NCBI GenBank assembly: GCA_045643185.1
Contig: JAZUKH010000046.1
Span: 10,883 to 74,882 of the forward strand
From: Myxococcota bacterium
GTDB lineage: Bacteria; Myxococcota_A; Bradymonadia; UBA4248
Reading direction: 5' to 3'
DNA: 64,000 nucleotides
The notes under the pieces are model-generated. The model was not told the origin of the DNA. It did not search any database and saw only the letters and a program-made list of their open reading frames with translations. Positions 57,504-64,000 of this stretch are shown here, piece by piece. Numbering within the stretch: the first letter of the stretch is position 1; every line of letters starts with the position of its first letter. The translations under genes were made by a program, and so were the position numbers.

Positions 57504-58529
57504 ATGAGATTCGTTGATGAAGTAAGAATAGAAGCGACTGCCGGTAAAGGCGGTGATGGCAAAGCCTCGTTCAGACGTGAAGTTTATACGCCAACAGGCG
57601 GTCCTGATGGCGGCGACGGCGGTAAAGGCGGTGACGTGATCCTCGTCGGTGACCGAAGCGTCAACACACTCAGTGACTTGCGCTATCGCCACTTTTTGCG
57701 CGCGAAAAACGGCCAACCCGGTGGCTCCGAAAAACTTCATGGCAGAAATGGCGAATCGTTGACGGTCAAAGTGCCCGTCGGCACCCTGATCTTTGACGAA
57801 ACGACCGGTGAACAGGTCGGCGATGTGACCGAACATGCTCAGCAGGTCGTCATTGCCAAAGGTGGCCGCGGTGGCCGCGGAAACATTCACTTCGCGACCC
57901 CGACAAATCGCTCGCCCCACCTCGCCGAACGCGGCCGAAGCGGCGAACAAAAAAATCTGCGCCTCGAACTCAAATTGTTGGCTGACGTCGGCTTGCTCGG
58001 TTTCCCAAGCGTCGGTAAATCGACCTTCATTTCGTGCATTTCCAATGCTCGTCCCACCATCGCCGATTATCCGTTCACAACGCTGACGCCGCATCTCGGC
58101 GTCGTCGAAATGTTCGAAGATCATGCCTTCGTCGTCGCTGATGTGCCAGGACTCATCGTCGGCGCCAGTGAAGGAAAAGGGCTCGGACACGACTTTTTGA
58201 AACACCTCGAACGCACGCGCATCCTCGTGCACCTCATTGAAGTGACTTATCAGCTCGAAGGCTGTGAGACCGATCGCGACCCCATTCAGGATTTCGAAAA
58301 ACTGAACGCAGAACTCGCTAAATTCAGCGAAGAACTCAGCCATAAAAAACAAATCGTCGTCCTTAACAAATGCGACGAGCCTTACGTGGCTTCCGAGATC
58401 CCCCGACTCGCCAAGTATTTTGGCGAAAAAGGTTACGAATTCCACGCGATCAGTTGCGCCACCATGGACGGTATTCGCGATCTCGTCAAATCGCTCGTTC
58501 GACACGTTGAAGGCAAAACCAAGAAATGA
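57504..58529 (+). CDS. obg: GTPase Obg/CgtA
   Basis: MRFVDEVRIEATAGKGGDGKASFRREVYTPTGGPDGGDGGKGG glycine-rich Obg fold, then G1 GFPSVGKST and G3 DVPG motifs; the rplU-rpmA-obg order is conserved. Confidence 0.9.
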   Translation: MRFVDEVRIEATAGKGGDGKASFRREVYTPTGGPDGGDGGKGGDVILVGDRSVNTLSDLRYRHFLRAKNGQPGGSEKLHGRNGESLTVKVPVGTLIFDETTGEQVGDVTEHAQQVVIAKGGRGGRGNIHFATPTNRSPHLAERGRSGEQKNLRLELKLLADVGLLGFPSVGKSTFISCISNARPTIADYPFTTLTPHLGVVEMFEDHAFVVADVPGLIVGASEGKGLGHDFLKHLERTRILVHLIEVTYQLEGCETDRDPIQDFEKLNAELAKFSEELSHKKQIVVLNKCDEPYVASEIPRLAKYFGEKGYEFHAISCATMDGIRDLVKSLVRHVEGKTKK

Positions 58530-59890
58530 TCGCGATCACCGGTCAACTCGATGGCATCGCCGCCGCGTTTTCACGCACACTGGCTCGTTCTGAACGGCAT
58601 GCGCCAATCATCGGACTGGGCAGGGCCGCTGCGTGCGGCTGGGGCGTCGATACCTGGCGCCTCGGATCCATGACGAGCGAGCGTGATACACAGTACATGC
58701 TCGCTGACGTGTCGACCGCGTTTTACTTTTGCCTTACGCCACCGAACGAAGGACGCACGCACGAAGGACTCGGTTACGACGTCGCTCTTTGCGACGCCAT
58801 AAATTTCGCTCACTGCGCTGGCGATCACGTTCGCGTCGTGCTCGTCACACGCTTCTTTCCGAATGACGGGCGAAATCTCGGTAACAGCTTCGCTTTTTGG
58901 CGCGAAGTTTGTGAGATCTTCAAAGAAAATGTGACGCATTTGCAGATTGTTCAAACTACGCCAGTTTGGTCTGAATTTGATGCGGTTGTTACGGGGTTGA
59001 TCTCGTATGCGCAACACCAGTCAATTCAGGATCGCGATGTCCGGTTTTTTAACCTCGTGAATCCCACCACCATGAAGTCTTTGCAAGACAAACTCGTGCG
59101 TACGTTCGACGATTGGCAGGACGGCGCTGAACATCTTGTGGAAGGCGATATCGCCGTGTCTTACGGCAACCTGGTTCGCTGCGTTCAAAATGCGTTGAAC
59201 GGACGCCGCATTCAGAGCTCGGTGGCACGCATGATCACGCGCTCACGTCAACTTGGTTTTGATGACGAAACGTTGTTCAAACAGGCTGTCGAGTTTCACT
59301 CGGCTGGTGAATTGGCGATGTATAAGGCAAATCAGACTGACTTGCCCAAACGCGTGTTTGAACGCTGTCGTGACTTTGTGGCCGACCAGGTCGATGTGTC
59401 GATCGTGAGCGCGACGTGCTCGCGTTTGGGCGCGTTGGCGCGTACAAGTCGGTTAAAAGTCGAAACCGCCGACGCGCCGCACGCGCGCAACTACGTTTAT
59501 CGCATTGCCCGTTTGCCCAAACGCCCCGTGTCTGAGATCGCCGACCTGTTTGTCGAGTGGCTACCACGTTATTTTCAGCGACTCGTGCATCTCGAAAAAC
59601 TCGGTGAAACGCGCCAGATGGTGCGCCTTTCGCGCGTGCCGCTCGTAGAATTCGAAAAATGTGATGAGTCGTGGCAACGTTGTCGTCTCGTCGTGCGTTG
59701 GCCGCTCGGCAACCACGTTCAGGCACGCACACAGTTGATCACCACGGTCACGGGCACGCGCGAAAAACCGCGTGAATTACTCATCGTGTGTGAAGAAGGC
59801 ACTGAAGGAAACTGGTTCGTCATGCTGTCACGCGGCATTTTGGCTGCGTTTGGCACTTATTTGCGAGATTACGGCGTGGCAGAGGCGTAA
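58526..59890 (+). CDS. Hypothetical protein
   Basis: 454-aa ORF overlapping the obg stop by 4 nt (ATGA); no motif recognised. Confidence 0.45.
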   Translation: MIAITGQLDGIAAAFSRTLARSERHAPIIGLGRAAACGWGVDTWRLGSMTSERDTQYMLADVSTAFYFCLTPPNEGRTHEGLGYDVALCDAINFAHCAGDHVRVVLVTRFFPNDGRNLGNSFAFWREVCEIFKENVTHLQIVQTTPVWSEFDAVVTGLISYAQHQSIQDRDVRFFNLVNPTTMKSLQDKLVRTFDDWQDGAEHLVEGDIAVSYGNLVRCVQNALNGRRIQSSVARMITRSRQLGFDDETLFKQAVEFHSAGELAMYKANQTDLPKRVFERCRDFVADQVDVSIVSATCSRLGALARTSRLKVETADAPHARNYVYRIARLPKRPVSEIADLFVEWLPRYFQRLVHLEKLGETRQMVRLSRVPLVEFEKCDESWQRCRLVVRWPLGNHVQARTQLITTVTGTREKPRELLIVCEEGTEGNWFVMLSRGILAAFGTYLRDYGVAEA

Positions 59891-59992
59891 AAAGGCGTGG
59901 TGTGCTCGCGAAATGCGAGAAAACCGCTCGTAAAGCTGATAAAATAACTCGGCTGTTTTTTGTGTATTGAAATAAACAACCGAGGAGAAAAG

Positions 59993-62900
59993 ATGAGGAA
60001 GAACAAATGGTTCGGGCTGGCTGCTGTGGTTTTGGCGAGTGGACTGGCTGGGTGTGAGGATGACGGCGTCTTGGCGCTGGCAACTGAGGAAAAAGAATGC
60101 GAAGGGCTGGGGTGTGACGAGGCATCGATCATTAAGGATGATTGCGACCACAAATGCGATGCCGAGGCCAAAAAATGTGAAAATGGCCAGCTTGTGACTT
60201 GCGAAAACGACTCAAATGGTTGCCGCGTCTGGTCGATCGCCCGTGATTGCGGTGACGGTATGTATTGTGACAGCGCTCAAAACGCGTGCGTAGAAGGGTG
60301 TCAAAACGCGTGCGAACTCGGGGCCAAAAAATGTGACGGCGCACAGATCCAGACGTGTGTCAAAGACGAAGCCGAGAATGCGTGCACGCGCTGGGACGTC
60401 GCCGTGGGATGCGGCGAAAACATGCATTGTGATGCCGCAACCAATGAATGCGTCGCCGGGTGCGAAGACGAGTGTGTCGAAGGTCAAAATGAGTGCTACG
60501 GCGAAGCGTTCCGTACGTGTGGACAATTCGACGAGGATTCGTGTCTCGAATTCAGTGAATTTCAGGAATGTGGCACCGACGAACTGTGCGATCCGATCGC
60601 TCAGAAGTGCGTAACGACGGTTTGTGAGACGGAATGCGTGGACGGTGAGACCGTGTGCGGCGATGATCAGCACTCGGTTTTGGCGTGCCATGCCGTCGCT
60701 GGGACGCGTTGCAATGCGTTGTCGATCATTCAAAACTGTGTCGACGGCGAAAGCTGCAAAGACACTGCCGACGGCGTGGCGTGCGTGAAAGACAGTACGG
60801 ATGTCGGTCCGGGGACGGGCGAAGATCCCGTCGTCAAAATCTGTGACGTCGGCGCCAAAAAATGCTCGGATGACAGCAAATCCCTGATGACGTGCGTCGC
60901 GAACAGCACTGGCAACGAATGGAAGAGCGAGTCGTGCGGCGCCATGACTTGTAATGCCGCCAAGTTGACGTGCGAAGCTACTTGTACGGACGCGTGCACT
61001 GAGAACGCCACGCAGTGTGCGTCGGGCAACAAGGCCACACAGGTCTGTAAGCGCGGTGCGAATGGTTGCACTGCCTGGACCAACGGTGACAGCTGTGCTC
61101 AGACCTGTAGCGCTGGTAAGTGCGCAGATTACTGCGGCGATGATTGCGAACCTTTCTCGATCGTCATTTTGCCAGATACACAGAATTACGTGCGCTACGA
61201 CTCGGTCAAGACCGACACGACCTATCACAAACAGATGAACTGGATCGTCAAGAACATGAACACGTCGAAGTTGCCCAACCTCAAGCACGTCGTGCACATG
61301 GGTGACATCACGAACGACAATACCGACGTCCAGTGGAAGATCGCGAAAGACGCGCAGCAGATCCTCAAAGATAATGGCGTGTCATTCTCAGTCGTGAACG
61401 GCAACCACGACTACCGTATTTCGGGCAAGGTCGGTGGCCGCAGCAAGACCAAGTTTACAACCTACTTCCCGGAATCGTGGCTCAAAGGCATCAAGGGCTA
61501 TGGCGGCATTTACGACGGTGCGAATACCTACATGAATTTCCGCGCCGGTAACCAGGATTACCTCGTTTTGAACCTGGAATTTGCGCCGCGTCAACAGACC
61601 ATTTGTTGGGCGAACGACCTGCTTCAGAAGGCTGAAAACAAGAATAAGAAGGTCATCATTGCGACGCATGCAAACTTGTCGCATGATGCCAAATACAGTG
61701 GCAAGCCCAAGAACCAGTTTGTGGCGAACGGGGCGAGTGGCAGTGAGCTGTGGAATGAATTGACGTCGCGTCATTCGAACATCATGATGATCTTGAATGG
61801 CCACGTGGGCGATAGCGAGCATCGCACGGATAACGGCCTGAATGGCAACCCGGTTCAGCAGATCTTGACGGACTACCAGTTTGAGCGCAATTGCAGCGAA
61901 TCGAAGCTTTCGTCCTGCACGAATCATTGCCGTCACGCGGTGAATGCGGGCAACGGTTGGTTGCGCGTTTTGACGTTTTATCCCAAGACGAACAAGGTCG
62001 AAGCGCGTACCGTGTCGGTGTTGTCAGGCAACAAGTCGCTGTTTTCGTCGCAGGGCACCGACCAGTTCTTTTGCTCGCCTATGTTCGACATGGCGAACAA
62101 GGGTAAAAGCTGCACCGATTGTGGCCAGTGGTATCCCAAAGCTCCGTCGGACGCGGCGCATCAGTTCGACCTGACGTTCGACTTCACGACGCCGAGCACC
62201 AACGTGTACAAGACGAACGGCTACCTTGGCTTTGTGCACCGCAACATTAATGCAACGAGCACGGGTGACCAGATCAATCCGGTGATCGCGACGAACAACA
62301 CGGGACGTTCGGTCTTCGTTTGGCAGGACAACTCGAGTAGCGCCGACGGCAAACGCAGCGATGGCACGAACGACGCGCACGATATCTACGCGCGTATTAT
62401 GCTGCCCGAAGCGTGTAATTACAGTGGTCATTCGGAACTCGTGATCAACGAAAAAACGGCTGGTCATCAGGAAGAACCCGATGTCGCGATGGATCAGAAT
62501 GGCAACTTTGTCGTGGTCTGGACCGATGATAATGACAACAATGGTTCGACGCAGATCTACATGCGTGGCTTTAACGCTGACGGCACGCAGCGCTTTGCGA
62601 CCAAGACCGTGAATACGGTCGATACGCGCAACCAGTACCAGCCGCACATCGCGATGGCGCCAGACGGGCAGTTCGCGGTCTCGTGGACCGACACGGCATC
62701 CAGCAAAGACACGCCTCAGATCAACGTGCGTGGCTTCAACGCCGACGGCTCGCAGGCCTTCGCTCAGCGCGCCGTCACCGATGCCGTGGCTGGCACACAG
62801 GTGCATTCCGACATCTTCATGGACAAAAATCACAATATCGTCGTCGTCTGGGAGGATGACGGGGATGCCAACGGCTCGACCCAGATCAAAATGCGCCTCA

Positions 62901-63436
62901 TCAACGCCAATGGCACAAGCAAGACCGATGCGAAGACCGTCAACTCGGTGGCTTCGGGTAACCAGAACTCACCAAGTGTGTCGGGTCGGAGCGACGGGGC
63001 CGAATTTATGGTCGTTTGGCAGAACGTGGCTTCGTCGCAATACAGCATTATGGGGCGCACGTTCAACGCGGATGGTAAGCAGATCGACGCCGACTTCACG
63101 CTGTCTACCTCCGACACGGCTCAAAAAGTCACGGATCCGCAGGTCTGCATGAACGACAGTGCCAATGCCGTTGCTGTTTGGTACAACCCGACGACCAAAA
63201 ATGTCGTGCGTCGACACTTCTCGGGCGGCAAACCCACGGGGTCGGCCGAGACCATCACGAATTCGCCCAGTAACGCATCGACCGATACCAACGCCTACGG
63301 TGCGCCGACTGCCAAAGCCTATCAGCCCGCCATCGCCTGTGTGCCTGGTGGCAATATCAGTATGGTCACGTTCGCCGATGACAATGATGGCAACGCCACT
63401 TTCGAAATTTTTGGCGTCGGGTTTAAGGTTAAATAA
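59993..63436 (+). CDS. Large lipoprotein: Cys-rich repeat N-terminus, central calcineurin-like metallophosphoesterase domain, and five C-terminal ~50-aa repeats
   Basis: Lipobox MRKNKWFGLAAVVLASGLAGC with RBS GAGGAG; phosphoesterase motifs ILPDTQ / HMGDITND / GNHD / GHVGDSEH; C-terminal W.D....G...I..R.FNADG repeats. Confidence 0.65.
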   Translation: MRKNKWFGLAAVVLASGLAGCEDDGVLALATEEKECEGLGCDEASIIKDDCDHKCDAEAKKCENGQLVTCENDSNGCRVWSIARDCGDGMYCDSAQNACVEGCQNACELGAKKCDGAQIQTCVKDEAENACTRWDVAVGCGENMHCDAATNECVAGCEDECVEGQNECYGEAFRTCGQFDEDSCLEFSEFQECGTDELCDPIAQKCVTTVCETECVDGETVCGDDQHSVLACHAVAGTRCNALSIIQNCVDGESCKDTADGVACVKDSTDVGPGTGEDPVVKICDVGAKKCSDDSKSLMTCVANSTGNEWKSESCGAMTCNAAKLTCEATCTDACTENATQCASGNKATQVCKRGANGCTAWTNGDSCAQTCSAGKCADYCGDDCEPFSIVILPDTQNYVRYDSVKTDTTYHKQMNWIVKNMNTSKLPNLKHVVHMGDITNDNTDVQWKIAKDAQQILKDNGVSFSVVNGNHDYRISGKVGGRSKTKFTTYFPESWLKGIKGYGGIYDGANTYMNFRAGNQDYLVLNLEFAPRQQTICWANDLLQKAENKNKKVIIATHANLSHDAKYSGKPKNQFVANGASGSELWNELTSRHSNIMMILNGHVGDSEHRTDNGLNGNPVQQILTDYQFERNCSESKLSSCTNHCRHAVNAGNGWLRVLTFYPKTNKVEARTVSVLSGNKSLFSSQGTDQFFCSPMFDMANKGKSCTDCGQWYPKAPSDAAHQFDLTFDFTTPSTNVYKTNGYLGFVHRNINATSTGDQINPVIATNNTGRSVFVWQDNSSSADGKRSDGTNDAHDIYARIMLPEACNYSGHSELVINEKTAGHQEEPDVAMDQNGNFVVVWTDDNDNNGSTQIYMRGFNADGTQRFATKTVNTVDTRNQYQPHIAMAPDGQFAVSWTDTASSKDTPQINVRGFNADGSQAFAQRAVTDAVAGTQVHSDIFMDKNHNIVVVWEDDGDANGSTQIKMRLINANGTSKTDAKTVNSVASGNQNSPSVSGRSDGAEFMVVWQNVASSQYSIMGRTFNADGKQIDADFTLSTSDTAQKVTDPQVCMNDSANAVAVWYNPTTKNVVRRHFSGGKPTGSAETITNSPSNASTDTNAYGAPTAKAYQPAIACVPGGNISMVTFADDNDGNATFEIFGVGFKVK

Positions 63437-63439
63437 CGC

Positions 63440-63500
63440 ACGTCGTAGAGACGTGACGTGTCACGTGTCTACGACGTACGTGTCACGTGTCTACGACGCG
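63440..63500. repeat. Inverted repeat with tandemly duplicated arm (GTGTCACGTGTCTACGACG x2); probable terminator
   Basis: CGTCGTAGAGACGTGACGTGTCACGTGTCTACGACGTACGTGTCACGTGTCTACGACG. Confidence 0.6.
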
Positions 63501-63589
63501 CCGCCGTGGCTAAAATCTGTAAATTTGGCGGTTTTGGGTGTAAAAACGCATTGTCGCAATGACGCGACTTAGTTGGATCTCATAAAATC

Positions 63590-64000
63590 ATGCATAAACG
63601 TAGAAGTGTTTTTAAAGATAATCCGGATCCCAATGACCCGATCGTGTTTGAGAAGATCATGTCGGTCATCACGGCACTGGGCGTGGATGGAATTCAGCTC
63701 GAACTTGTGAGTGACGAAACTTCGGAAGTCACGATGCTTCATCAGATCACGTGGAAAGCAAAGGATGACGAGCTTCAGACCGAGTTGGCGATCGTTCGCG
63801 ATCTGCACGACGGCGTCTGTTACGCGACGATCTCGTCAAAACAGTCGTGGATCTCAAAACGGGCGCGTGAATTGTTCAACACCACGCTTGACTGCTACAC
63901 GATCAACGAGTTGATCGAGCTCTGCCAAAAGCGTTTCTTTGATTCCAACCTGTTGATCTGTCTGGGGCTTTTGGGCCGCAAACCCGATAAGGATATGATC
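63590..64000 (+). CDS. Hypothetical protein, 5' partial (runs off the window end)
   Basis: Open frame from the ATG at 63590 to the window edge (MHKRRSVFKDNPDPNDPIVFEKIMSVITALG...). Confidence 0.4.
   Translation, partial: MHKRRSVFKDNPDPNDPIVFEKIMSVITALGVDGIQLELVSDETSEVTMLHQITWKAKDDELQTELAIVRDLHDGVCYATISSKQSWISKRARELFNTTLDCYTINELIELCQKRFFDSNLLICLGLLGRKPDKDMI

Noticed and set aside
1-64000. Searched for CRISPR arrays, tRNA/rRNA genes and IS/transposase/integrase genes
   Set aside because: No regularly spaced direct repeats with unique spacers were seen. The only repeats are the REP-like family, heptamer and short tandem arrays, and intragenic repeats. No cloverleaf-compatible tRNA-like segment was found at island borders, and no transposase or integrase-like ORF was recognised.

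Overview
This window is a bacterial chromosomal segment of about 52-55% GC, probably from a diderm. Many predicted products have lipobox signals, and one has an outer-membrane beta-barrel-like C-terminus. Housekeeping genes are interspersed: rpsF and rplI (adjacent), an M50 site-2 protease, nadB, an O-antigen-ligase-like gene, rpoZ, a cyclophilin PPIase, holB, a TraB-family gene, pyrimidine/thymidine phosphorylase, lon, a pssA-like CDP-alcohol phosphatidyltransferase, a MazG-like gene, and rplU-rpmA-obg. Three things stand out. (1) A sharply AT-rich accessory island of about 33% GC at roughly 11.6-18.7 kb carries a tightly translationally coupled six-gene minus-strand operon. It encodes a radical-SAM-like protein, an unknown protein, a PLD(HKD)-nuclease fused to an SF2 helicase, a tiny protein, a Rad50/SbcC-like SMC ATPase with a CxxC hook, and another unknown protein. 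I propose this as a candidate undescribed anti-phage defence or DNA-modification system. It sits beside a decayed defence neighbourhood containing hsdM remnants, a RhuM fragment, a surface-repeat fragment and a split AAA-ATPase/PD-(D/E)XK gene, and has a 13-nt poly-C tract in its leader. (2) Six giant, extremely cysteine-rich repeat lipoproteins form an expanded family, three of them tandem at 42-50 kb, with long near-identical intragenic DNA repeats. One member is fused to a calcineurin-like metallophosphatase. A separate small acidic protein ends in a metallothionein-like tail. (3) A previously unnamed REP/MITE-like intergenic element with a conserved bipartite core around a variable palindromic spacer occurs in seven copies. 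No CRISPR arrays, rRNA or tRNA genes were recognised.
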